64,000 nt of DNA from an uncultured Candidatus Rokubacteria bacterium. Its GTDB lineage: Bacteria > Methylomirabilota > Methylomirabilia > Rokubacteriales > CSP1-6. A model generated the notes under the pieces. The model saw only the letters and a program-made list of their open reading frames with translations. It had not been told where the DNA came from and searched no databases. The translations under genes were made by a program, and so were the position numbers. The stretch is taken from assembly GCA_963827505.1 (NCBI GenBank), contig CAWHBD010000002.1, forward strand, positions 393,692-457,691. Reading direction: 5' to 3'. Below are positions 50,518 through 59,335 of the stretch, piece by piece (within the stretch, counting starts at the first letter, position 1; each line of letters begins with the position of its first letter).

Positions 50518-52047
50518 ATGACGCGCTGGCTCCATCCATTCCTGGTCCTGGCCCTCTTGCTCGCCCTCCCGCCGGCCGGCCACGCCCAGCCCAAGGACAC
50601 CCTCACTGTCGCGCTCGTCTCGCACGCGCCAACCCTCGACCCGCACATGCACTTCGAGCGGGTCGGGATCCTCGTCAACATCAACATGTTCGACTCGCTG
50701 CTGCACCGCAACACCAAGCTCGAGTACGAGCCGTCCCTGGCCACCTCGTGGAAGGCGGTCAGCGACACCCAGTGGGAGTTCAAGCTGCGCAAGGGCGTCA
50801 AGTTCCACAACGGCGATCCCCTCACCGCCGAGGACGTGAAGTTCTCCTTCGACCGCGTGCTGGAGCCGGGCAAGGAGAAGAAGAAGTCGCCGCAGTACGG
50901 CAACATCCGCGCCATCAAGGAGGTCCGGATCGTCGACGCCGACACCGTCCACCTCATCACCGACAAGCCGTTCCCGCTACTGCTGGAGCGGCTGGTCTTC
51001 TTCCCGATCGTGCCGAAGAAGCACATCGAGAAGGTCGGCGACGAGGCGTTCGGCACCACGGCCGCCGGTCGGGACCGGGCCCTGGAAGTTCGTGGAGTGG
51101 AAGCGCGACCAGTTCATCCGGCTCGAGGCCTTCGACGGCACTGGCGCGGCAAGCCGGCCTTCAAGCACCTGGTCATCCGGGCCGTGCCCGAGGTGGCCAC
51201 CCAGATCGCCGAGATGAAGACCGGGCGGCGTGGACCTGATCCGCAACGTCTCCGCCGACCTCGTCCCCGAGCTGAAGTCGCATCCGCAGACCTACGTGTC
51301 GCTCGACGCCCATCCTGCGCGTGCACTACGTCGAGCTCGACATGCGCCAGTCCGCCCTTCGACAAGAAGGCCGTGCGGCAGGCGGCCAACTACGCGATCG
51401 ACAAGCAGGCCATCATCCAGAAGCTCATGGGCGGCCTCGGCCAGCAGGTCGCGACGGTGGTGCAGCCGCTGGCCTTCGGCTTCGACGCCGAGGTGACGCC
51501 CTTCCCCTACGATCCCAAGAAGGCCAAGGAGCTCCTGGCCCAGGCCGGCTTCCCCAACGGCGTCGACATCACCGCCCACAGCGCCTTCGTCGAGTTCCGG
51601 CCGGTCTTCGAGGCGATCGCCCAGATGCTGACCGAGGTCGGCCTCCGCACCAACGCCCGGATGTGGGACCCGGGTCCGGCCTGGAACAAGTTCTTCCAGG
51701 CCGAGGGCAAGGCCACCAACGCCGCCTACGGCATCGTGGGGCAACTACTCGGTCTTCGACGCCGACGCCGTCCTGCACCCGCTCTTCCACACCGAGCCGG
51801 GCGGCTGGATCGGCAAGCACTACACGCGCGTGGAGGGGCTCGACAAGCTGATCGACGAGGCGCGCTCCACGGTGGACCAGCCGCGCCGGAAGCGGACCTA
51901 CTCGCAGATCCAGAAGCTGATCCGCGAGGAGGCGCCCGCCATCTTCCTGTTCACCCAGTACGACACGCTGGCCATCTCCAAGAAGGTCGAGTACGCCGCC
52001 CGCGGCGACGAGTGGCTCTGGCTCTTCGACGCCAAGCCCAAGAAGTA
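50518..52047 (+). pseudogene. ABC transporter substrate-binding protein, peptide/nickel family 5 (DppA/OppA-like), about 6 frameshifts
   Basis: MTRWLHPFLVLALLLALPPAGHAQPKDTLTVALVSHAPTLDPHMHFERVGILVNINMFDSLLHRNTKLEYEPSLATSWKAVSDTQWEFKLRKGVKFHNGDPLTAEDVKFSFDRV... then GPWKFVEWKRDQFIRLEAFDG / WRGKPAFKHLVIRAVPEVATQIAEMKTG / VDLIRNVSADLVPELKSHPQTYVS / PFDKKAVRQAANYAIDKQAIIQKLMGGLGQQVATVVQPLAFGFDAEVTPFPYDPKKAKELLAQAGFPNGVDIT... / SVFDADAVLHPLFHTEPGGWIGKHYTRVEGLDKLIDEARSTVDQPRRKRTYSQIQKLIREEAPAIFLFTQYDTLAISKKVEYAARGDEWLWLFDAKPKK-stop. Confidence 0.6.
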
Positions 52048-52064
52048 GGCGTGCCCGGGCCGCC

Positions 52065-52986
52065 CGTGACGGCCTTCGTGCGTCCGCCGGCTCGTCCGGC
52101 TGGTGGTGGTGGTGATCGGGCGTCTCGCTGGTGACGTTCGCGATCCTGCACGCCAGCGGCGACCCCGTCGCCCTCATCATGCCGGAGGCGCCGGAAGCCG
52201 ACCGGGCCGTCCTGCGCCTGACCCTCGGGCTGCACGATCCGCTGCCGGTCCAGTTCGCGCGCTTCTTCGGAAACGCCGCCACGCGGCAACTTCGGCAACT
52301 CGTTCTTCCACCGCACGCCGGCGCTTCGGGCTGGTCATCGAGCGCATGCCGACCACGCTGCTGCTCACGGCCTGCTCGATGGCCCTGGCCATGGCCATCG
52401 CGGTGCCGGTGGGCATCTACAGCGCGATCCGGCGTGACTCGCGCGGTGGACCAGGTGGCGACCGGCATCGGTGTTCCTCGGCCAGTCGATGCCGGTGTTC
52501 TGGACCGGCATCATGCTCATCCTGCTCTTCTCCGTGCAGTGGCGGATGCTGCCGGTATCGGGGTGGGAGTCGTGGGCGTCGATCGTGCTGCCCACCGCCA
52601 CCCTCAGCACCTTCACCGCGCCGCTGCTCCTGCGCATCGTGCGCTCCAGCATGCTCGAGGTCGTCGGCCTCGACTACGTGCGCACGGCGCGGGCCAAGGG
52701 CGTGTCGGAGTGGCTCGTGATCTGCCGCCACGCCCTCAAGAACGCGGCGCTGCCCCTGGTGACCGTCACCGGGCTGCAGTTCGGGCTCCTGCTGGGCGGC
52801 GCCGTGATCACCGAGACGGTGTTCGCGATACCCGGGCGTCGGGCGGCTCATCGTGGGCGCCATCCGCCAGCTCGACTTCCCGGTCGTACAGGCCGGGGTG
52901 TTCATGCTGGCCATGATGGTGGTGAGCGTGAACTTCCTGGTCGACGTCCTCTACGTCTACCTGAACCCACAGATCCGGGTCCGCTG
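52065..52986 (+). pseudogene. ABC peptide transporter permease (DppB/OppB-like), about 5 frameshifts
   Basis: VTAFVRRRLVRLVVVVIGVSLVTFAILHASGDPVALIMPEAPEADRAVLRLTLGLHDPLPVQFARFFGNAAT.. RLVIERMPTTLLLTACSMALAMAIAVPVGIYSAIRRDSR.. LGQSMPVFWTGIMLILLFSVQWRMLPVSGWESWASIVLPTATLSTFTAPLLLRIVRSSMLEVVGLDYVRTARAKGVSEWLVICRHALKNAALPLVTVTGLQFGLLLGGAVITETVFAIPG.. LDFPVVQAGVFMLAMMVVSVNFLVDVLYVYLNPQIRVR-stop. Confidence 0.55.
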
Positions 52987-52987
52987 A

Positions 52988-53898
52988 GTGGCCATCGGTT
53001 CCCTGCCCTCCTCCACGCTCGCCTACGCCGACGAGGTCCGGCCGGCCGCCGGCGCCTCTCGCGCGTGGCGCAAGTTCGCGCGCAACCCGGCCGCCCTGGT
53101 CGGCGCGCTCATCCTCGCGATCGTGGTCGGGGCGGCGCTGGCGCGCGCCGTGGATCGCGCCCCACGACCCGGCCAAGCAGAGCCTGATCCGGCGGTTCAC
53201 ACCTCCGGTGTGGGCGGCGGGCGGCAACCCGACCTACCTGCTCGGCACCGATCAGGTCGGACGCGACATCCTGAGCCGCATCATCCACGGCGCCCGCATC
53301 TCGCTGCTCGTCGGTGTGCTGGCGGTCATCGTCAGCGTGCTGGTCGGGGTGACGCTGGGGCTCGTCAGCGGGTTCGTGGGCGGGCGCGTGGACACCGTGC
53401 TCATGACGATCGTCGACATCACGCTGTCGTTCCCGCAGATCCTCCTGGCCCTGGCCTTCGTGGCCGCGCTGGGCCCGAGCCTCGTCACGATCATCGCTCG
53501 TGCTGGGCCTGACGGGCTGGGAGCGCTACGCGCGGGTGGTCCGGGCCGAGGTGCTGGCCCTGCGCGAGAAGGACTTCGTCGAGGCGGCGCGAGCGCTCGG
53601 CATCGGCGCCCCCCGGATCCTGCTGCGCCACGTCCTGCCCAACACGTTCTCGTCGATCGTGGTGCTGTCGACGCTGCAGGTCGCCCAGGCCATCCTGCAG
53701 GAGGCGGCGCTGTCGTTCCTCGGCGTGGGCTCGGGCCGGAGCTACCCGACGTGGGGCCAGATGATCGCGCTCGGCCGGGACTTCGTCAGCGTGGCCTGGT
53801 GGCTGCCGACCTTCCCGGGCCTGGCCATCCTGGCCACGGTGCTGGCCATCAACCTCGTCGGCGACCGGCTCCGCGACGCGGTGGATCCAAGAATTTAG
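52988..53898 (+). pseudogene. ABC peptide transporter permease (DppC/OppC-like), 2 frameshifts near 53145 and 53500
   Basis: MAIGSLPSSTLAYADEVRPAAGASRAWRKFARNPAALVGALILAIVVGAALA | PWIAPHDPAKQSLIRRFTPPVWAAGGNPTYLLGTDQVGRDILSRIIHGARISLLVGVLAVIVSVLVGVTLGLVSGFVGGRVDTVLMTIVDITLSFPQILLALAFVAALGPSLVTII | VLGLTGWERYARVVRAEVLALREKDFVEAARALGIGAPRILLRHVLPNTFSSIVVLSTLQVAQAILQEAALSFLGVGSGRSYPTWGQMIALGRDFVSVAWWLPTFPGLAILATVLAINLVGDRLRDAVDPRI-stop. Confidence 0.6.
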
Positions 53899-54018
53899 CT
53901 CGGAGGGGACTCGTCCCCCTTCCGACGGTCGTCGCGCGCCTTTCGGCGCGCTCCTTCCTGCCTCCCCCTAGCTCCAAAAACAGGATGGCGCGGGCGAAGC
54001 CCGCGCTCGAAAGCGTTG
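53897..54018 (+). repeat. Structured repeat, family 2, copy B (plus orientation), starting at the stop codon of the last dpp permease gene
   Basis: TAG-CTCGGAGGGGACTCGTCCCCCTTCCGACGGTCGTCGCGCGCCTTTCGGCGCGCTCCTTCCTGCCTCCCCCTAGCTCCAAAAACAGGATGGCGCGGGCGAAGCCCGCGCTCGA. Same three hairpins as copy A, with compensatory change in hairpin 2 (GCGCGCC/GGCGCGC here vs GCGCGAC/GTCGCGC in copy A). Confidence 0.65.
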
Positions 54019-54030
54019 TATCATTCCGTC

Positions 54031-54219
54031 ATGCCAGCGAAGGTTCCTTGGTTGCCGTCGCAGTTGCCGCCGGGGGCGAGGCCGGAGAAGTGTCCGCGGT
54101 GCGGGAAGGCGGGGTTCATTCCGTGGACATTGCGGCGCGACGATCAGAGCAAGGTCGTCATGCGCACCTGGGTCTGCACGGAATGCCAGCTCACCCAGGA
54201 GCGCCCCGAGCCCGAGTAG
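54031..54219 (+). CDS. Small zinc-ribbon protein (62 aa, two CxxC pairs)
   Basis: MPAKVPWLPSQLPPGARPEKCPRCGKAGFIPWTLRRDDQSKVVMRTWVCTECQLTQERPEPE. CPRC...CTEC zinc-ribbon spacing, GC3-rich codons. Begins 13 nt after repeat copy B. The track's 54016 start is a TTG and is less likely. Confidence 0.4.
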   Translation: MPAKVPWLPSQLPPGARPEKCPRCGKAGFIPWTLRRDDQSKVVMRTWVCTECQLTQERPEPE

Positions 54220-55273
54220 CGGTCGGGGCGGCGAGCGGTCCGCCGAAGCTGTTGACCCGGTCGATCAGGCGGCGGAGCCGGGAGTAGGACGAGCGGGCGA
54301 ACGGGATGATCAGCCGCGGCATCTCGGGACACTCGTTCAGCTCCTGCGGCACCGGGCCCGGAGCCTGGTCGAGCGGTCCCTTCAGGATGTCCTCGAACTG
54401 CTGCTGGAGCTCGCCGATCTCGACGTCCGTGAGCGCGCGCGTGAGCCGGAAGACGAGATGGTCGCCGACGATGCGCGAGGACTGGAAGACCCGGTAGAAG
54501 TCGGTGATCTGGTCCACCGCCTCGTCCACGCTGTCGACGATGCGATAGAAGCCGGTGTCGCCGGGCTCGATGAGCCGGCGATCCACCAGCACGCCCTGCA
54601 CGAAGCGATCCCAGATGCGCCAGTACGGCTTGGGCCCCGTCTCCACCAGGACGACCGGAACGATGGCCGACTTGCCGGTCTGCATGAGCGTCAGCAGCTC
54701 GAAGCACTCGTCCATCGTGCCGAACCCGCCCGGAAACAGCACGACCGCACTCGCCTCCTTCACCAGGAACAGCTTGCGCGTGAAGAAGTACTTGAACGTG
54801 ATGAGCTTGGGATCGGCGGCGATCCACGGGTTGGCCTCCTGCTCGAACGGCAGCCGGATATTCAGCCCGAAGCTCTGCTCGCCGCCGGCGCCTTCCTGGG
54901 CAGCACCCATGATTCCGGCGCCGGCTCCGGTGACGACCATCCAGCCCTCCTGCACCATGCGCTGGCCGAAGTCGCGCGCGGTCACCGCGGCCTCCTCGCT
55001 CATCGCGGTGCGAGCAGAGCCGAACACGGTCACCTTGCGCACGCCCCGGTAGGGAGCGAACACCTTGTAGGCGTAGCGCAGCTCCTTGAGGGCGGCGGTG
55101 GTGACTTTGAGGTCACCGGGCTGGGCGCCGTCCTCGTGCAGCTTGAGCACGGTAGTCAGCAGGTGCTGCACGTACCCGCGCCGCTCGGACGTGACCCCGG
55201 CGGCGTCGACCAGCTCGGCGATCAGGCGGTTGGCGGCTTCGTTCTGCAGTTGATAGCGACGTGCTTCAGCCAC
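54191..55273 (-). CDS. LOG-family (TIGR00730) Rossmann-fold nucleotide phosphoribohydrolase, long form (360 aa)
   Basis: VTVFGSARTAMSEEAAVTARDFGQRMVQEGWMVVTGAGAGIMGAAQEG...VVLFPGGFGTMDECFELLTLMQTGK (PGGxGTxxE LOG motif). Intact. Overlaps the zinc-ribbon ORF 3' end by 28 nt (convergent). Confidence 0.75.
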   Translation of the reverse strand: MAEARRYQLQNEAANRLIAELVDAAGVTSERRGYVQHLLTTVLKLHEDGAQPGDLKVTTAALKELRYAYKVFAPYRGVRKVTVFGSARTAMSEEAAVTARDFGQRMVQEGWMVVTGAGAGIMGAAQEGAGGEQSFGLNIRLPFEQEANPWIAADPKLITFKYFFTRKLFLVKEASAVVLFPGGFGTMDECFELLTLMQTGKSAIVPVVLVETGPKPYWRIWDRFVQGVLVDRRLIEPGDTGFYRIVDSVDEAVDQITDFYRVFQSSRIVGDHLVFRLTRALTDVEIGELQQQFEDILKGPLDQAPGPVPQELNECPEMPRLIIPFARSSYSRLRRLIDRVNSFGGPLAAPTATRARGAPG

Positions 55274-55287
55274 GATTCAGTATACCG

Positions 55288-56169
55288 TCACTGCCGCCCG
55301 GTGACGGTCAACGAAAGCCCCAGCGCGATCAGCGCGCCGCCGGCCACCGTGAAGGCCGTCAGCGGCTCGTGCAGGAGCACGATTCCCAGGATGGCGCCGC
55401 CGATCGGCTGCACGGTGACGAAGACCGCCACCTGGGGAGCGGCGACCCGAGCCAGCGCCCAGTTCCACAGCAGGTAGCCGAACGCCGTGATCACCACCGC
55501 CAGGTAGAGGGCGCCGGCCACCGAGGCGGCCGTCAGCACCGGCCGGGCGCCCCCCAGCCATTCGGCGACGACGAACGGGACCATGACCACCGCGCCCCAC
55601 ACGATCGAGCGCACGGTCACCCGCAACGGGCTGTGGCGGCTCAGCACGCCGCGGCCGAGCAGCGTGTAGGCGCCGAAGGCGAGGCCGGAGAGCACGAGGA
55701 GGAGGTCACCGCGCCAGTGCGGCGCCAGCCCGCGCGTGACTCCCGGCACGCCGTTGAGGATGACGACGACGGCGCCCAGCACGGCCAGGACGGCGCCGGC
55801 CGCCTCCCGGCGGCTCATGCGCTCGCCCAGGACCAGCGGGCTGAGCGCCATGATCGACACCGGCTCGACGATGATCAGCAGCGCGGCGTTGGTGGCGGTC
55901 GACCGGGCCAGCCCCCAGTGGCCGAAGGCGAAGGCGCCGGCGAAGCCGATGACGCCCATCCAGACGATGCGCCGGGCGTCGGCCCGGTCCGGCGGCGCCG
56001 TCCCGGGCTCGAGCATCCGCACGAGCGGGATCAGGACGGCGGCGCCGACGACCAGCCGCACGAGCGCCAGCAGGGCGGGTGGCAGCTCGTCGAGCACGAC
56101 GCGAATGGCGACGTAGGACGTCGCGTAGACGAGGTTGGCGCCGAGGAGCAGAGCGTAGGCCGAGCGCAC
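55288..56169 (-). CDS. DMT-superfamily (EamA-like) transporter, 10 TM
   Basis: Two EamA repeats. Hydrophobic throughout (MRSAYALLLGANLVYATSYVAIRVVLDELPPALLALVRLVVGAAVLIPL...). Intact 293 aa. Confidence 0.7.
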   Translation of the reverse strand: MRSAYALLLGANLVYATSYVAIRVVLDELPPALLALVRLVVGAAVLIPLVRMLEPGTAPPDRADARRIVWMGVIGFAGAFAFGHWGLARSTATNAALLIIVEPVSIMALSPLVLGERMSRREAAGAVLAVLGAVVVILNGVPGVTRGLAPHWRGDLLLVLSGLAFGAYTLLGRGVLSRHSPLRVTVRSIVWGAVVMVPFVVAEWLGGARPVLTAASVAGALYLAVVITAFGYLLWNWALARVAAPQVAVFVTVQPIGGAILGIVLLHEPLTAFTVAGGALIALGLSLTVTGRQ

Positions 56170-56188
56170 GCCTCCCTACGATAGGCGA

Positions 56189-56849
56189 TCAGGCCAGGGT
56201 GTGCCGCACCATCTTGCTGTCGACCATGTAGATGACCATCTCGGCGATGTTGGTGGCGTGGTCGGCGACCCGCTCCAGGAACCGGGAGATGAGGATCAGG
56301 CCGGATGGCGCGCGGGATCGTGCGCGGCGTCCTCCATCATGAAGGTCAGCAGCTCGCGGAAGATCTGCTCCTTGAGCGCGTCGACCTCGGCGTCCTCGCC
56401 GCACACCCGCCGGGCCAGCGCGGTGTCGCGGGCCACGAAGGCGTCCAGGCTCTCCTTCACCATGCGCTGGGCGCGCTCGGCCATGCGGGGCAGGTCGATG
56501 TAGGGCTTGAGCTGGGGCTCCTGGTTCAGCTCCAGCGCCCGCTGGGCGATGTTCACCGCCTGGTCGCCGATGCGCTCGAGGTCGGTGACGATCTTCATGG
56601 CGGTGGTGATGAAGCGGAGGTCGCCGGCCGCCGGCTGGTGCAGGGCGAGCAGCTCCACGCACTTCTCGTCGACCTCGACGTCGTAGGCGTTCACCTGACG
56701 GTCGCGGTCGATGACCTCCTGGGCGAGCTCGTCGTCGCGCTCGAGGAGCGCGCGTCATGACCCGCGCGGATCTGGTCCTCGACCAGCCCGCCCATGGCGA
56801 GCAGGGTCTGCTTGAGCGCCTCCAGCTCCTCGTGGAAGTGCCGCTGCAT
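56189..56849 (-). pseudogene. phoU: Phosphate transport system regulator PhoU, 2 frameshifts
   Basis: MQRHFHEELEALKQTLLAMGGLVEDQIRAGHDA | ..DDELAQEVIDRDRQVNAYDVEVDEKCVELLALHQPAAGDLRFITTAMKIVTDLERIGDQAVNIAQRALEL...FMMEDAA | LILISRFLERVADHATNIAEMVIYMVDSKMVRHTLA-stop. Confidence 0.6.
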
Positions 56850-56862
56850 GCGGGCCTCCGCC

Positions 56863-57689
56863 CTAGCCGAACCGGCCGGTGATGTAGTCCTCGGTCTGCT
56901 GGTCCCGCGGATTGGTGAAGAGCTCCCGGGTGACGCCGAACTCCACCAGCTCGCCCAGGAGCATGAAGCCCGTGTAGTCCGACACGCGGGCCGCCTGCTG
57001 CATGTTGTGGGTGACGATGACGATCGTGTAGCTGTTCTTCAGCTCGAGCATCAGCTCCTCGATCCTGGCCGGTGGCGATGGGGTCGAGCGCCGAGCACGG
57101 CTCGTCCATCGAGCAGCACGTCGGGCTCCACCGCGATGGCCCGGGCGATGCAGAGCCGCTGCTGCTGCCCGCCCGAGAGGCCGAGCGCGCTCTCGTGAGC
57201 CGGTCCTGCACCTCGTCCCACAGGGCGGCCGCGCGCAGGCTCCGCTCCACGATGCCGTCGAGGTCGGCGCCGGCTGCCGCACGCCGAGGATGCGGGGCCC
57301 GTAGGCGACGTTCTCGAAGATCGACTTCGGGAACGGGTTGGACTTCTGGAACACCATGCCCACCCGCTTGCGCAGCTCGGTGACGTCGAGCGCGGGATCG
57401 TAGATGTCGGCGCCGCCGATGCGGATGGCGCCCGTGATCGTGCACGCCGTCGACGAGGTCGTTCATGCGGTTGAGGCAGCGGAGCAGGGTGCGACTTGCC
57501 GCAGCCCGACGGGCCGATGTAGGCGGTGATCCGGTGCTTGGGGACCGACATCGAGACGTCCTTGAGCGCCTGCTTGTCGCCGTACCAGAGGGACAGGTGC
57601 TCGATCTCGACCATGGGCGTCTCCATGATGGCGGCGGCTGCCGCGCGCGGATTCGAGGCTCGCGGCCGACCTGCGACGGGTCCAGCCAT
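56863..57689 (-). pseudogene. pstB: Phosphate ABC transporter ATP-binding protein PstB, about 4 frameshifts
   Basis: GAGGAG RBS before MAGPVAG...[45 protein letters not shown] (Walker A) | ..RAGVRQPLGP../[26 protein letters not shown] (signature, Walker B) | [66 protein letters not shown]-stop. Confidence 0.6.
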
Positions 57690-57705
57690 CACGTGTCTCC
57701 TCGGC

Positions 57706-59315
57706 CTAGACCGCCGACGTCGCGTACTGCCGGCGCAGCCGGTTGCGCATGCGCGATCGCGAACAGGTTCAGGAAGACCACGATCACCAGCAGGAGCAGC
57801 GTGGTCGCGAAGACCATCGGGCGGGCCGCGTCCACGTTCGGGCGACTGGAAGCCGACGTCGTAGATGTGGAAGCCCAGGTGCATGAACTTCCGGTCGAGG
57901 TGCAGGAACGGCCAGAAGCCGTCGATCGGCAGCGACGGGCGCCAGCTTCACGACGCCGGTGATCATCAGCGGCGCCACCTCGCCGGCGGCGCGGGCCATG
58001 GCCAGGATGAGGCCGGTGAGGATCGACGGCATGACCGCCGGCAGGACCACGCGCAGCGTCGTCTCCAGCTTGGTCGCGCCGACAGCGCCAGCGAGGCCTC
58101 GCGCGTGCCGCGCGGGATCGCGGCCAGCCCCTCCTCGGTGGCCACGATCACCACCGGCACCGTCAGCAGGGCCAGCGTGAGCGAGGCCCACAGGATGCCG
58201 CCGGTGCCGAAGGTCGGGGTGGGCAGCGCCTCGGCGAAGAAGAGCCGGTCGATGGTGCCGCCCACGATGTAGATGAAGAAGCCCACGCCGAAGACGCCGA
58301 ACACGATGGACGGCACGCCGGCCAGGTTGTTGACGGCGATCCGCACCGCGCTCACGAAGGCGCCCTGCCGGGCGTACTCGCGCAGGTAGAAGGCGGCGAG
58401 CACGCCCAGCGGCGTCACCAGGAGCTCATGATGAAGACCATCATCACGGTGCCGAAGATGGCCGGGAACACGCCCGCCCTCGGTGTTCGACTCGCGCGGG
58501 TCGTCGGAGACGAACTCCCACACCCGGCCGGCGTAGTGCGCGGCCTTGGCGCGCGATGCCCATCTGCGTTGGGAAAGTGCACGTCGAGCGACCTGGGCCA
58601 GCGGCAGCTCCTTCTCCTTGCCGCCGTCGGCCGTCACCACGACGGCTGCGCCGTCTGCCGCGTCGCGCAGCTCGACCAGGCGGGCCTCCTGCTCCTTGTA
58701 GCGCTCCTGGAGCGCCGCGATCTCGCGCCCGCAGCGCCTCCACCGTCGGGCCGGTCGGTGACGCCGTCGCAGCTCGAGCGCCCTGCAGCCGCAGGCGGAT
58801 CTGCTCCTGGGCGTGGTTGATGGCGCCGATGTCGCCGCGCTCGATGCCGCGGATCTCCGGCGCGGAGCGCGGTCGACCTCGGGCAGGCGCCGGCTCGAGC
58901 TCGGCCCACGCGGCGCGGGCCGGCGGCGACCACGCGCTCGCCCTCGCGCACCTCCTTGATGGTGCCGATCGAGGAGCCCCCACTCCGTCCGCTCGATGAC
59001 CGCGACCTCCGGGGGTCGCTCGCGCGCGACGATCTGGGCCTCGTCGACCCACACGAAGTCGGCCCCGTAGAGGTCGCGGTTGGCCACCTTCAGCTTGATG
59101 CCGGTACTGGCCGGCCGCGCCCGGGAACCCGCTCGCGCTCGGCCACTGGCCGGTCAGCGCCTTGCCGTCCTGCAGGGTGAGCGCGCAGGACCTCGGCCGG
59201 CCAGAAGAAGCCGAGCGCCGTTGGACAGGATGATGCCGATCAGGCCAGCGACCATGAGCAGGGCCAGGGCAGCGCGCCACCGGTGAGCCAGATGAACGGC
59301 TCGCCGCTCCGCCAC
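57706..59315 (-). pseudogene. pstA: Phosphate ABC transporter permease PstA, long form with extended N-terminal region; multiple frameshifts
   Basis: VAERRAVHLAHRWRAALALLMVAGLIGIILSN.., ..LAAFYLREYARQGAFVSAVRIAVNNLAGVPSIVFGVFGVGFFIYIVGGTIDRLFFAEALPTPTFGTGGILWASLTLALLTVPVVIVATEEGLAAIPRG.., [45 protein letters not shown].., true C-terminus [14 protein letters not shown]-stop in a shifted frame. Confidence 0.55.
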
Positions 59316-59335
59316 AGCTGGCAGGCGCTCGGCGG

